From: an uncultured Gemmatimonadales bacterium
GTDB taxonomy: Bacteria; Gemmatimonadota; Gemmatimonadetes; Gemmatimonadales; GWC2-71-9
Direction of reading: 5' to 3'
DNA length: 64,000 bases
Assembly: GCA_963828735.1 (NCBI GenBank)
Contig: CAWHFW010000002.1
Coordinates: 704,001 to 768,000 of the forward strand
In this document: piece after piece, positions 19,244 to 29,519 of the stretch
Layout: each line of letters opens with the position of its first letter
How positions within the stretch are numbered: position 1 is the first letter of the stretch
Notes under the pieces: generated by a model
What the model was told of the DNA's origin: nothing
What the model saw: only the letters and a program-made list of their open reading frames with translations
The model's database searches: none
Translations under genes and position numbers: made by a program

Positions 19244-21049
19244 ACGCCCAGCACGCTGACCGAGCTCTATTTCGGGGCCGTCGAGCGGTTCGCGGCCCGA
19301 CCCGTCGCCATGCGGATCCGGCGCCAGGGCCGCTGGACCGACCTCTCTTATCACGCGCTCGCCGAGCAGGTGCAGGCGGCCAGCGTGGGGCTGTGCGAGC
19401 TCGGCCTCCGCGACGGCGACCGGGTGGCGATCCTGTCCGAGAATCGGCCGGAGTGGGCCATCGCGGACTACGCCTGCCTTGCCGCGCGATGCACCGACGT
19501 GCCGATCTATCCCACGCTTCCCGCCCGTCAGGCCGAGTACATCCTGCGCGACTCCGGCGCCACGGTGCTCCTGGTCTCCTCCGCCGCCCAGCTCGAGAAA
19601 GCGCTCGCGATCCGCGACGGGCTGCCGGCGCTCCGTCACATCGTGGCGTTCGACGAGGGCGTGCGCGGGCCGGACGTGCTCAGCTTCGGAGAGTTGCTGG
19701 CCTGCGGGCGCGCGGCGCTCGCACGCCACCCGGACTGGCGCGCCCGCGCGCTCGGCGCCGGCCCGGATGATCTCGCCACGCTGATCTACACCTCCGGGAC
19801 CACCGGCGACCCCAAGGGCGTCATGCTGACGCACGGGAACATCGCGTCCAACGTCACCAGCTGCGTCGGGCTGTTCGATTTCCGCGAGAGCGACGAGTGC
19901 CTCTCCTTCCTGCCGCTGTCCCACATCTTCGAGCGGATGTTCGGACATTATTCGATGTTCCACGCCGGCGTGCTGATCAACTATGCCGGCGGCATCGATA
20001 CCGTGGCCGCCGACATGCAGGAGCTCCGGCCCACGATGATGGCCTCGGTGCCGCGGCTCTACGAGAAGATCTTCGCGCGCGTGCTCGACAGCGTGCGCGC
20101 GAGCTCGCCACCTCGGCGCCACATCTTCAGCTGGGCCCGCAAGGTCGGGGAGACGTGGGTGGAGCGGCGCCTCTCGGGCGGCCCGGTTCCGGCGGGGCTC
20201 GCCCTCCAGCGTCGCGCGGCGGATCGGCTCGTGTTCTCCAAGCTTCGCGCGCGCACCGGCGGGCGCATCCGGTTCTTCATCTCGGGCGGCGCGCCGCTCG
20301 CGCCCGAGATCGCCAGGTTCTTCTTCGCCGCCGGCATGCCGATCCTCGAGGGCTACGGCCTGACCGAGACGTCGCCCGTCATGGCGGTGAACGTGTTCGG
20401 CCAGACCAAGCTGGGGACCGTGGGCCGGCCGATTCCCGGCGTGGAGGTGCGCATCGCGCCCGACGGCGAGATCGTCACCCGGGGACCCAACGTGATGCAC
20501 GGGTACTACGGGAAGCCGCAGGCGACGGCCGAGGCCGTCGATCCAGACGGGTGGTTTCACACGGGCGACATCGGACTGCTCGACGCGGAGGGCTACCTCC
20601 GGATCACCGATCGGAAGAAGGACCTGATCGTGACGGCGGGCGGCAAGAACATCGCGCCGCAGCCGATCGAGAACCTGGCCAAGACCAGCAAGTACGTCTC
20701 CAACGCGGTGATGATTGGCGACCGCCGGCCCTTCCCCGTCATGCTCGTCGTGCCCAACGCCGAGCCGCTCAAGGCGTGGGCCGCGCGCGCGGGGCTTCCC
20801 ACCGACGATCTCGAGCGGCTGGTCAGCGACGGCCAGGTGCAGGCCAAGCTCGAGCGCGAGGTGCAGCGCACGCTCCGTGACCTCGCGCAGTTCGAGATGC
20901 CGAAGAGGTTTTTGATCCTGTCGCGGGATTTCAGCGTGGAAGGCGGGGAGCTGACGCCGACCCTCAAGGTCAAGCGGCGGATCGTCGAAGAGCGCCATCG
21001 GGCGGCGATCGACGCCCTGTACACGGAGCGAGCCGCGGAATCGTCCTGA
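19244..21049 (+). CDS. long-chain fatty acid-CoA ligase (first ATG 19310; probable start ~19244)
   Basis: YTSGTTGDPKG, EGYGLTET, WFHTGDIG, ITDRKKD, ELTPTLKVKR. Confidence 0.93.
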   Translation, partial: TPSTLTELYFGAVERFAARPVAMRIRRQGRWTDLSYHALAEQVQAASVGLCELGLRDGDRVAILSENRPEWAIADYACLAARCTDVPIYPTLPARQAEYILRDSGATVLLVSSAAQLEKALAIRDGLPALRHIVAFDEGVRGPDVLSFGELLACGRAALARHPDWRARALGAGPDDLATLIYTSGTTGDPKGVMLTHGNIASNVTSCVGLFDFRESDECLSFLPLSHIFERMFGHYSMFHAGVLINYAGGIDTVAADMQELRPTMMASVPRLYEKIFARVLDSVRASSPPRRHIFSWARKVGETWVERRLSGGPVPAGLALQRRAADRLVFSKLRARTGGRIRFFISGGAPLAPEIARFFFAAGMPILEGYGLTETSPVMAVNVFGQTKLGTVGRPIPGVEVRIAPDGEIVTRGPNVMHGYYGKPQATAEAVDPDGWFHTGDIGLLDAEGYLRITDRKKDLIVTAGGKNIAPQPIENLAKTSKYVSNAVMIGDRRPFPVMLVVPNAEPLKAWAARAGLPTDDLERLVSDGQVQAKLEREVQRTLRDLAQFEMPKRFLILSRDFSVEGGELTPTLKVKRRIVEERHRAAIDALYTERAAESS

Positions 21050-21096
21050 GAGCACTGCCTGACCGCACCGCGCCCGCTAACCGCTGGCCCTGCCGT

Positions 21097-21681
21097 CTAC
21101 CGTCGTAGGGTCCCCACCCAAACCCCATCCGCGCTGGCCATGAGGTCGATGGTCTCGGCCGAGGGGTCGGGTCCCTCCCCCACGACGCGCAGGCCCGGCA
21201 ACAGAACACGCGCCGCCTCCTCGACCCACCCGGCATCCCCACCATACGGCGCGCCGAGCACAACCCCTCGCATCGAGTGCGCCTTGAGCGGCAGGCGGCC
21301 GCTCCGAATCACGCTGATGCCCGGCTCATCCGCGACGCTGCCGGGCGGGTTGACCGCCACCAGGCCCACGCCCGGAATCAGCGTCGCAATGTCGCGCCAC
21401 TGTTCCGCCGGGCCGCCGACCAGGACCAGGTAGCCGCCCGGGCCGCCCAGGCCCACGAGCGGCGCGACCGCCGCCGGCGACAGCCGCGTCGCTGGCGGCG
21501 GTCCGGACCCGTCGCCCGTGTCGAAGACGCCATCGAGCACGGCAAAACGCCGGTCGCAGACCGGACAGCCGAGGGTCCCGGACCGCACCGACCGTCCGTC
21601 GAGCTGATCGGGGAGTAACACCAGGAACGCCTCGTCGTGCTCGACCGGACAGCGGAGGTGGTCCGTGAGCTCGATGAACAT
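21097..21681 (-). CDS. hypothetical protein with Trm112-like zinc N-terminus
   Basis: LRCPVEH...GTLGCPVCDRRFAVLDG. Confidence 0.7.
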   Translation of the reverse strand: MFIELTDHLRCPVEHDEAFLVLLPDQLDGRSVRSGTLGCPVCDRRFAVLDGVFDTGDGSGPPPATRLSPAAVAPLVGLGGPGGYLVLVGGPAEQWRDIATLIPGVGLVAVNPPGSVADEPGISVIRSGRLPLKAHSMRGVVLGAPYGGDAGWVEEAARVLLPGLRVVGEGPDPSAETIDLMASADGVWVGTLRR

Positions 21682-23255
21682 CAGGGCTTGAACACCACCC
21701 AGGTGAGCTTGCCGGCCTCCACGGTCACGTGGCGGTACACCTTCTTCCCGCCGATCTCCGTTCCGATCACGTACTCGCCCATCGGCACGTCGCTCACGGC
21801 GAAGTGCTCGTCGTAGAGCGGGTGGCCGTGCGCCTTGTCGCCGTAGGTCTCCGCGTACGAGAAAGGAGTCTCGACGGGGTCCCGCTTCACCAGGCCGTAA
21901 ATGCGCGCCTGTGGGACCGGCGCCCCGCTGGCGTCGAACACCTGGCCCGCCACGATGCCCGTATTCGGCAGCGGCTCGAGCCAGAGCTCCGGGTTGACGG
22001 TGTACGGCGGGAACCGCTGCAGGGAGTCCACGATCGCCCCGATCGAGTCGGTCGGCGAAGCGGCGAGCTCGAAGTGCAGGTGATCGTTCGTGGCCCGGCC
22101 GGTGTTGCCGACTCGGGCGATCACCTGCCCCGTCTTGACGGTCTGCCCCACCTTCACGGCGAGCGACGTGTTGTGGTAGTAGATGGAGTAGAGCCGGAAC
22201 GTCTTGCCGTGGGCCTTCACCGTCGTGTCGTGCCGGATCGCGACCGTGTTGGCCCCCTCCTCCGCCCGACCGGCGTACACGACCCGGCCCCGCAGCGCCG
22301 CCATCACCGGCGTCCCATCGGGGTTGTTGAATTCGACGCCCTGGTGCTGCTGGAAGAACCCGCCCATGGTGGAGCCGTACCGGTACGTCTGGTCGATGTA
22401 GGCGTTGTCGGTCCGCGCGATCGGCCGCTTGAGCCAGACGGTGAGCGGGTCCTTAGGTGCACCCGCGTCCGGCGCGGTCCGCTGGAAGCACGGCAGCGTA
22501 TCGGTGGCCGGTCGCAGTCCGCATTGCGTGCCGCGGTACTGCACCCGTCCGATCAGCACGGCGTTCGCCGGGGGAAACGCCGCCGCGGCGAGCGGCTGCG
22601 CCTTCCAGCCGGCCTCGGTGTGCACCAGCCGCTGGTTCCCGCGGAGGGTGGTCACGTTCCAGCCACGGCGGTCGGGCGCCAACCGTCGCACGTACTCGTT
22701 GGTGAGCAGCGGCAGGGCCGTGTCCGCCGGACCGCGCGCGGGCGGACCGACCGCGTCGCCGATCGCCGTCCAGTGCGCGCCATCGTCCGTGGTGATCTGG
22801 AGGCCATCCGCCGTCGCCACCACGGTCGTGTCCCCGCGGATGGCGATCCCCGCCGGGATCACGTACTGCCATTCCGGCCCGAGCTGGTCGTAGGTCCAGT
22901 TCCGCCAGGTCCGGCCACCGTCGAGCGACAGCCCCCACCCGTTGCCCACGGTCCCGTACCACGCCTCCCCCTTCGGGCCGAACGCGATGGCCTGCACGAA
23001 GTCCATCGAGATCGAGGTCGCCGTCGTGTCGTGGCGAATGGACTCCCAGGCGGTGGCGCCGGGAGGGAGACGGTAGATGCCCTCGCCGTAGGTTCCGACC
23101 CAGAGCGTGCCGCCGGGATCACGCACGACGGTGAGGACGTGAACGCCCCAGCCGGCGCTGTCGGGCAAGGCCGGGAGTGCGCCCTGCGCCCCGAGCGTGG
23201 GCGCGGCGAGGATGAGGGCAGCGATGACGGCGAGGACGAGCCGGCGCAGGCGCAT
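21681..23255 (-). CDS. M23 family metallopeptidase with N-terminal beta-propeller
   Basis: HQGVEF, YYHN, GNTGRATNDHLHFE; propeller repeats (LWVGTYGEG, SLDGGRTW). Confidence 0.88.
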   Translation of the reverse strand: MRLRRLVLAVIAALILAAPTLGAQGALPALPDSAGWGVHVLTVVRDPGGTLWVGTYGEGIYRLPPGATAWESIRHDTTATSISMDFVQAIAFGPKGEAWYGTVGNGWGLSLDGGRTWRNWTYDQLGPEWQYVIPAGIAIRGDTTVVATADGLQITTDDGAHWTAIGDAVGPPARGPADTALPLLTNEYVRRLAPDRRGWNVTTLRGNQRLVHTEAGWKAQPLAAAAFPPANAVLIGRVQYRGTQCGLRPATDTLPCFQRTAPDAGAPKDPLTVWLKRPIARTDNAYIDQTYRYGSTMGGFFQQHQGVEFNNPDGTPVMAALRGRVVYAGRAEEGANTVAIRHDTTVKAHGKTFRLYSIYYHNTSLAVKVGQTVKTGQVIARVGNTGRATNDHLHFELAASPTDSIGAIVDSLQRFPPYTVNPELWLEPLPNTGIVAGQVFDASGAPVPQARIYGLVKRDPVETPFSYAETYGDKAHGHPLYDEHFAVSDVPMGEYVIGTEIGGKKVYRHVTVEAGKLTWVVFKP

Positions 23256-23279
23256 GGTCGGTCGAGTCGGGTGGCGGGG

Positions 23280-23969
23280 TCAGATCGGGCCGAGCCGCAG
23301 CCAGTCGATCAGCACGTGCGGCGGGCGGGTGGCAACGAACAGCACGGCATCGGCGACATCGCCGGGCCGAAGCATCCTGGCCCGGCTCGGAAACCCCTCG
23401 CGGTGGTCGGGGTCGAATGGCTCCCAGGCGTCGGTGTCGGTCGGCCCGGGAGAGACGAGCGTCAACCGCACGCCGCTGCCGCGATACTCGGCGGCGAGCG
23501 TCTCGTGCAGTCCGCGGAGCCCGTACTTGCTCGCCGCGTAGGCGGCATTCTCCGGAAACCCCACGTGGTCCGCCACGCTGCCGACGCTGATGAAGGACCC
23601 GCGTCCGGCGTCGCGCTGCAGCGGCAGGATCGCCCGCGCGAGCGTGAAGGCCGCGCGCAGGTTGATGGCGAGGAGCGCGTCGAACTCCTCGACCGTCGTC
23701 GCCTCGAGCGGCCGGAGCAGGAACCCGCCGGCATTGCTGACCACCACGTCGGGAACCCCGGCCGCGCGCTGCAGCCGCCCGGCGAGCTCGCCAACCTGTC
23801 CCGCGTCAGCCAGATCGGCCGGCAGATCGATGTACCCCTCTGCCGGCGCCAGCGACCGCGCCACGCGCACCACCCGCGCGCCGGCGTCCCTGAGGACCTC
23901 GGCGGTGGCCGCGCCGATGCCGCGGGACGCCCCGGTCACCAGCGCGACGCGGCCGTCGAGCGGCCTCAC
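23280..23969 (-). CDS. short-chain dehydrogenase/reductase
   Basis: [17 protein letters not shown]. Confidence 0.9.
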   Translation of the reverse strand: MRPLDGRVALVTGASRGIGAATAEVLRDAGARVVRVARSLAPAEGYIDLPADLADAGQVGELAGRLQRAAGVPDVVVSNAGGFLLRPLEATTVEEFDALLAINLRAAFTLARAILPLQRDAGRGSFISVGSVADHVGFPENAAYAASKYGLRGLHETLAAEYRGSGVRLTLVSPGPTDTDAWEPFDPDHREGFPSRARMLRPGDVADAVLFVATRPPHVLIDWLRLGPI

Positions 23970-24583
23970 TCGGCCAGCTTGCCCCCGTGCGCCAGCCGGA
24001 GGAACTCGACGCGCGTCTTCGAGTCGTCGCGGAAGATGCCGCGGAGGGCGCTCGTCACCGTGCGCGAGTTCTGCTTCTCGACCCCCCGCATCATCATGCA
24101 GAAGTGGGCCGCCTCGATCACGACGCCTACCCCGGTCGGCCGAAGCACGTCCATGATCGCGTCCGCGATCTGGTCCGTGAGCCGCTCCTGGACCTGGAGG
24201 CGCCGCGCGAAGACGTCCACGATGCGCGCGACCTTCGAGAGACCGAGGATCTTGCCGTTGGGGATGTAGGCCACGTGCGCACGGCCGAAGAACGGCAGCA
24301 GGTGGTGCTCGCACAGCGAGTAGAGCTCGATGTCGCGCACCATGATCATGCTCTGGTGCCGCTCTTCGAACACCGCGTCCCCGATCACATCGGCGACCGA
24401 CTGGCGGTAGCCCTGGGTGAGGAACCGGAGAGATGACTCGACGCGCTCCGGCGTCTTGACCAGCCCTTCCCGCCCCGGATCCTCGCCGATCGCGCCCAGG
24501 ATCTCGCGGACCTTGTCGGCGAACGGCTCGAGGTGGGCGTCCCTCCGCTCCACATGGGCCACTCCCTCGCGCGCGGGCCGCAT
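23966..24583 (-). CDS. folE: GTP cyclohydrolase I (start approximate)
   Basis: [42 protein letters not shown]. Confidence 0.96.
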   Translation of the reverse strand: MRPAREGVAHVERRDAHLEPFADKVREILGAIGEDPGREGLVKTPERVESSLRFLTQGYRQSVADVIGDAVFEERHQSMIMVRDIELYSLCEHHLLPFFGRAHVAYIPNGKILGLSKVARIVDVFARRLQVQERLTDQIADAIMDVLRPTGVGVVIEAAHFCMMMRGVEKQNSRTVTSALRGIFRDDSKTRVEFLRLAHGGKLAE

Positions 24584-24602
24584 GGGGGCGGGGGCCCCAT
24601 CG

Positions 24603-25016
24603 TCAGTCGCCTTCGTAGTCGACATAGTTCCTCGGTGTTTCCCACAGGCGCAGGTGCAGGGACAGGTTGGCCGGAAGCGCCGCACGGAGCTCCCGCCAAC
24701 AGACCACGGCGATGTTCTCGGACGTGGGGACGAGATCCCGGAACCACGGCACGTCCAGGTTCAGGTTCTTGTGGTCCAGGTGCCGCAGCAGGCGCTCCTG
24801 GGCGAGGTCTTTGAGGTGGTTCAGGTCCATCACGTAGCCGGTCTGTGGATTGATCTCCCCTGCTACCGACAGATCCAGCTCGTAGTTGTGCCCGTGGTAG
24901 TTGGGGTGATTGCACACCCCATAGGTCGCCTGGTTCCATGCCTCGGTGGCGTCCGGATTGTGGAGGCGGTGTGCGGCGTTGAAGTGTACCCGCCGCGTCA
25001 CTCGGCATCGGGGCAT
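24603..25016 (-). CDS. 6-pyruvoyl-tetrahydropterin synthase (PTPS-II type, Cx5HGH)
   Basis: [40 protein letters not shown]. Confidence 0.9.
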   Translation of the reverse strand: MPRCRVTRRVHFNAAHRLHNPDATEAWNQATYGVCNHPNYHGHNYELDLSVAGEINPQTGYVMDLNHLKDLAQERLLRHLDHKNLNLDVPWFRDLVPTSENIAVVCWRELRAALPANLSLHLRLWETPRNYVDYEGD

Positions 25017-25335
25017 GGCCGGTCCCAGGACAAGGGTTGTTGAGGAAGTAGGCGGGAGCCTGAAGGAAGGTCAAGCCGGGTAAAGACACGTGCGCCGACC
25101 GGAGATCCGATCGGCGCACGGCGGTACGGCAACGAGGAGGATTATTGAAGCCCAATGAGAACTTGCGGCGCCCTCACCTTGGCTCCTGCCTTCCCCCGGG
25201 GGGCATGACATCGGCCACGGCATTCGGGCCCATCACTGGACCTGTTGGCTCAATAATGTGGCTCCCCGCTACCGCGTGCACTAAGATAGGAGTGCCCGTC
25301 AGTGGAATCAACCGACGAGAAAACGGACTCTCGAT

Positions 25336-25497
25336 ATGGCATCGACGTTGCTGACATCCACGCTCGTCGTGGCGATTACGGCCCTGGTCGCGTGGGCGTT
25401 TCTCATTTTTGGCCGGTTGACGACCTCGGGTGTGACACATCTGTTGCTTGCCGTAGGTAGCGTACTCCTCGTCCGGTGGTGGGCTCTGCGCGCCTGA
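25336..25497 (+). CDS. 53-aa two-TM membrane protein (below ORF-track cutoff)
   Basis: MASTLLTSTLVVAITALVAWAFLIFGRLTTSGVTHLLLAVGSVLLVRWWALRA*. Confidence 0.6.
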   Translation: MASTLLTSTLVVAITALVAWAFLIFGRLTTSGVTHLLLAVGSVLLVRWWALRA

Positions 25498-25646
25498 CCC
25501 TGTAGCGGTCTGCGAGTGCCATGTGGGTGGCCTACCACACGAACCCGCAGAGCTCCTGGAAAACGACAGTTGAACTTCATAGTTAATCCGTTGCTACGCA
25601 ACGGTTTACATAGGTGCAAGCTCGTGCTCTCCAGCCTACCCCTCCC

Positions 25647-25662
25647 GGGCATAGATCGTGCT
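25647..25662 (+). promoter_or_regulatory. putative sigma54 -24/-12 promoter
   Basis: GGGCATAGATCGTGCT (GG-N10-GC) upstream of the priming sugar transferase. Confidence 0.5.
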
Positions 25663-25775
25663 AAAACGGGCGCGTGGCCGACGTGCGCCGCCGAGCCTCC
25701 CCGCAAGGTCGCTCGTCACGAGTGGAATCGGTGGCCCCTTTCTCACGAACTCGAGAGACACGGACGATTCACGCG

Positions 25776-26543
25776 ATGCGTTCGAACGAAGCGCTGACCG
25801 CGCGCGCCGAAAGCTCTGCGATTCGCCCCGGCCAGGATGACCCCTGGTCCGGCGCGGGAGCGCGCTCGCCCGACGTCGCCTCATCGGACGCCGCGAGCGA
25901 ACGTCGTCAGCTCGCCACGCGCGCGCTGAACGTCGTGCTCGCCGTGCTGGCGCTGCTGGCCCTGCTGCCGGTGTTCCTCATGCTGGCCGTGATCATCAAG
26001 CTCACCTCCCGCGGCCCCGTGTTCTACCTCCAGGAGCGCGTCGGGCTCGATCGCCGCACCCCTGGCCCGGACGACCACAATCACCGCCGCTCCCAGGACC
26101 TCGGGGGCCGGCCGTTCACGATCTACAAGTTCCGCACGATGCACGTCGACGCCGAGCGCCACAGCGGCGCCGTCTGGGCCGCCGAGGCCGATCCCCGGGT
26201 CACCCTGGCGGGCCGGGTGCTGCGCCAGTACCGGCTCGACGAGCTGCCCCAGCTGCTCAACGTGCTCCGGGGCGAGATGAACATCGTGGGCCCCCGCCCC
26301 GAGCGGCCCACCATCTTCGCCGAGCTGCGCAGCCACATCGCCGAGTACCCGCTGCGCCAGCGGGCCAAGCCGGGCATCACGGGGCTGGCCCAGATCAACC
26401 ACCACTACGACCGCTCGCTGGACGACGTGCGGACCAAGGTGACCTACGACCTGGAGTACATCCGCCGCCAGAGCCTGCGCGAAGACCTGCGCATCATGCT
26501 CAAGACCATCCCCGTCATCCTCCTCCGCCGCGGCGGCTGGTAG
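25776..26543 (+). CDS. priming sugar (polyprenyl-phosphate) transferase
   Basis: GPVFYLQERVG, IYKFRTM, LDELPQLLNVLRGEMNIVGPRPERP, KPGITGLAQ. Confidence 0.93.
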   Translation: MRSNEALTARAESSAIRPGQDDPWSGAGARSPDVASSDAASERRQLATRALNVVLAVLALLALLPVFLMLAVIIKLTSRGPVFYLQERVGLDRRTPGPDDHNHRRSQDLGGRPFTIYKFRTMHVDAERHSGAVWAAEADPRVTLAGRVLRQYRLDELPQLLNVLRGEMNIVGPRPERPTIFAELRSHIAEYPLRQRAKPGITGLAQINHHYDRSLDDVRTKVTYDLEYIRRQSLREDLRIMLKTIPVILLRRGGW

Positions 26544-26711
26544 GACCCATCCGGCCACACATCCACCGGCCTACAGGGTCGGTCCCATCCGCCCGCAGGC
26601 GCCGCCATCGCATGTCTGCTAGACTTGTCACGTCGGCGACGGGCCGCCGGGCGCCCGCGCGCCCGACCCTGGACCTCGAGCGACCTCGCCATCACGCGAT
26701 CAGAGGGCGTC

Positions 26712-28262
26712 ATGCACGTTGAGCAGCCTCGGCCGGTAGTCGAACCTTCCTCGAGCCCCGAGCCCGTCGCATCTCCGCCGGCTCAGGAAGGCCGGCCAGG
26801 GTGGCGGCCCGCCATCATCGTCGCGGGGCTTACGCTGCTGGCCGCGATCCTCCGTTTCTACCGGCTCGGCGCGTGGGGCATGGACAGCGACGAGGTGTTC
26901 ATGCAGCGGGATTCCATCGACCTGCGGTTCACCAATCCGCGTCCGCTGATGTACGCCCTCAATCACTACCTCATCCAACCCCTGCATCCCCTGAACGAGC
27001 TGGGGGTCAGGATCCTGCCGGCGATCGCCGGCGTCCTCGCCGTGCCGGCGTTCTTTCTGGTTGCTCGACGGCTGGTTGGCGCGCGCGCCGCGCTGTTCGG
27101 CGCGTTTCTGGTCGCCACCAGCGCGCTCCTGGTGTACTACTCGCAGTTTGGCCGCTACTGGACCCTCGTCTTCCTGTTCTCGTCCATCTACCCGTACGCC
27201 CTGTATCTGGCCCTCCGCGACGGCGATCGCCGCATGCTGGCGTGGGGAATCATCGCCGGACTGCTGGCCGTCGTTGCGCACCCCGTGTCCGTCATCCTGC
27301 TCGGCGGATTCGGCCTGTGGCTGGTCTTGGCCTATCTGAGCCGGGATCAGATGGCACGCCTCTGGAGAGACCCGGCCGCCCGCTGGGGACTCTTGATCTG
27401 CGGGATCGTGGCCGCCTTGATCGCGCTGCGGTTCGTTCCCGTCCTCCAGCACTGGATCGCGGTGCACGACAAGGTGCCGCTCAGCGAAAGAGGCGGCGAG
27501 TTTCTCCTGCACCGGCCCGGCGGACGGGCCGCAAAGCAGGCCGCGCTCCTCCTGGCTTACGTGGTCAACCTCACGCCGGCATTGGTGCTGGCCGGGATCC
27601 TGGGCGTGTGCATCCTGTGGCAGAGCCGGGACCGAACCCTGGCGAAGCTCCTCGTCTACCTCATCTGCTTCCATATCGGGTTCATCGCGCTCGTCTCGAT
27701 CCGGACCGCGGTGTCGACGTTCTATCTCGTGCCTGCCATCCCCGTGCTGTTCATCGGCGCCGGAGTCTTTCTGGATCGCCTGATCGGGACCGGGTCGGGG
27801 ATTCGGCCCCCGTGGCTCCTGTCGGCGGTCGTGACCACCATGATCCTGGCCGCCGGCCTGCCCACGCTTATTTCCCAGTATCGGGACGGGCAACGATGGG
27901 ACTTTCGCGGCGCCTCGGAATGGCTTCACAGCCGCCTCGCGGCCGGCGACGTCATCTATTCAGACCAGCCCCAGGTCGTCGCGCACTACCTGCCCGACCA
28001 GCAGGTCTACCGGCTCGTGGCGGACTCAGTCCGGCTCGCTCGCGCGGCACAGATCGTACAGGAACGTGGCGGGAAGGCGCTGTGGATCGTCTCGCCGGCC
28101 CCCTCGCATGCGTTCAGGACCAATCCCAGGCTCAACAGCCTGACTACCTGGATCTACGACAACTGCCAGCTCCGCAGCACCATCGGGGTCGGGCGGGTGG
28201 ACTTTCGCCAGAACTTCCTGCAGGTCTACCGGTGCCCCCCGGTCGTTGGCTCCCCTCGCTGA
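26712..28262 (+). CDS. GT-C fold membrane glycosyltransferase (ArnT/PMT-like)
   Basis: LRFYRLG..GMDSDE, VYYSQFGRYW, many TM helices. Confidence 0.8.
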   Translation: MHVEQPRPVVEPSSSPEPVASPPAQEGRPGWRPAIIVAGLTLLAAILRFYRLGAWGMDSDEVFMQRDSIDLRFTNPRPLMYALNHYLIQPLHPLNELGVRILPAIAGVLAVPAFFLVARRLVGARAALFGAFLVATSALLVYYSQFGRYWTLVFLFSSIYPYALYLALRDGDRRMLAWGIIAGLLAVVAHPVSVILLGGFGLWLVLAYLSRDQMARLWRDPAARWGLLICGIVAALIALRFVPVLQHWIAVHDKVPLSERGGEFLLHRPGGRAAKQAALLLAYVVNLTPALVLAGILGVCILWQSRDRTLAKLLVYLICFHIGFIALVSIRTAVSTFYLVPAIPVLFIGAGVFLDRLIGTGSGIRPPWLLSAVVTTMILAAGLPTLISQYRDGQRWDFRGASEWLHSRLAAGDVIYSDQPQVVAHYLPDQQVYRLVADSVRLARAAQIVQERGGKALWIVSPAPSHAFRTNPRLNSLTTWIYDNCQLRSTIGVGRVDFRQNFLQVYRCPPVVGSPR

Positions 28263-28379
28263 CTTGGACCGGCCGGATGGCATCGCATCGGGACCCTTCC
28301 GCCTCTTGCCCGTGGCGGTGAAGCGCGCCGCGCGCCTTGCGGCCGCACCCCGCGGCGGCGCCTGACCACGCCGGCACTC

Positions 28380-29519
28380 ATGGCCGCGAGCGGAGCCATC
28401 GCCTTCTTTCTGCCCTCGCTTGTCGGAGGGGGCGCGGAACGTGTGACCGTCAACCTGGCGGAAGCGATCACCCAGCGCGGCCTCCCGGTCGATCTCGTCC
28501 TCGTGGCGGCTGAGGGTGTGTTTCTGGACCAGTTGTCCCCGAGTGTTCGGGTCGTGGATCTGCATGCCCGCCGCACATTGCGCAGCATCGGACCCCTGGC
28601 CAGTTATCTCCGGCGTGAGCGACCCCGGGTATTGGTGTCATCCATGGGGCATGCGAACCTGGTCGCGCTCTGGGCAGGCAGGCTGGCACGTCAGGTGGCG
28701 CCCATCGTCGTCGTGGAGCACAACACGCTCTCCCAGGAGGCGGGACAGGAGCGTCGGCTTGCCGGCCGCATCTGGCCTCAGCTCCTGCGCACGTTCTATC
28801 CGTGGGCCGATCGGATTGTCGCCGTTTCCCGGGATGCTGCCGACGACCTGGCCCGCACCTCGGGGCTGGCTCGGGACAGCATAGAGGTGGTGTACAACCC
28901 GGTGATCACGCCGAGCCTGCTGGGCTCCGCCCGAGAAGTTCCCGACCACGCCTGGTTCGGCCCGGGCGAGCCGCCCGTCGTGCTCGGCGTCGGCCGCTTG
29001 ACCCGGCAAAAGGACTTCGGTACGCTGCTGCGCGCGTTCGCCCAGGTTCGACGCCAACGACCCGCCCGCCTGCTCATCCTGGGCGATGGCGAGGAGCGAG
29101 CCGCCCTGCAGGCGCTCGCCGGCCAGCTTGGTGTAGTCGAGGACGTATCCCTGCCAGGCTTCCACCAGAACGCGCTGGCGTACATGGCCGGTGCGGCCGT
29201 GTTCGCGCTCTCGTCGGCGTGGGAGGGACTTCCGACCGTGCTGATCGAGGCGCTGGCGATGGGTGCACGCGTGGTGTCTACGGACTGCCCGAGCGGGCCC
29301 AGGGAGATCCTTCAGGACGGCAGACTCGGGACGCTGGTGCCGGTCGGCGACCCCGTGGCACTGGCGACGGCGATTCTCCAGGCCCTGGACCGGCCGGCGA
29401 GCGGTGCTCCGATGGATGCGCTTGCCCCGTTCACTCGCGACGCCTCGGTTGACCACTACCTGCGGGTGATCGAGAGCGTCTCCCCCTCCAACGCTCCTGC
29501 GGGAATGCCCCTTCGATGA
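28380..29519 (+). CDS. glycosyltransferase family 4
   Basis: GGGAERV, GRLTRQKD, SSAWEGLPTVLIEALA. Confidence 0.92.
   Translation: MAASGAIAFFLPSLVGGGAERVTVNLAEAITQRGLPVDLVLVAAEGVFLDQLSPSVRVVDLHARRTLRSIGPLASYLRRERPRVLVSSMGHANLVALWAGRLARQVAPIVVVEHNTLSQEAGQERRLAGRIWPQLLRTFYPWADRIVAVSRDAADDLARTSGLARDSIEVVYNPVITPSLLGSAREVPDHAWFGPGEPPVVLGVGRLTRQKDFGTLLRAFAQVRRQRPARLLILGDGEERAALQALAGQLGVVEDVSLPGFHQNALAYMAGAAVFALSSAWEGLPTVLIEALAMGARVVSTDCPSGPREILQDGRLGTLVPVGDPVALATAILQALDRPASGAPMDALAPFTRDASVDHYLRVIESVSPSNAPAGMPLR

Noticed and set aside
24603..25016. Calling this gene queD
   Set aside because: Motif is Cx5HGH rather than Cx3HGH and no other que genes are adjacent
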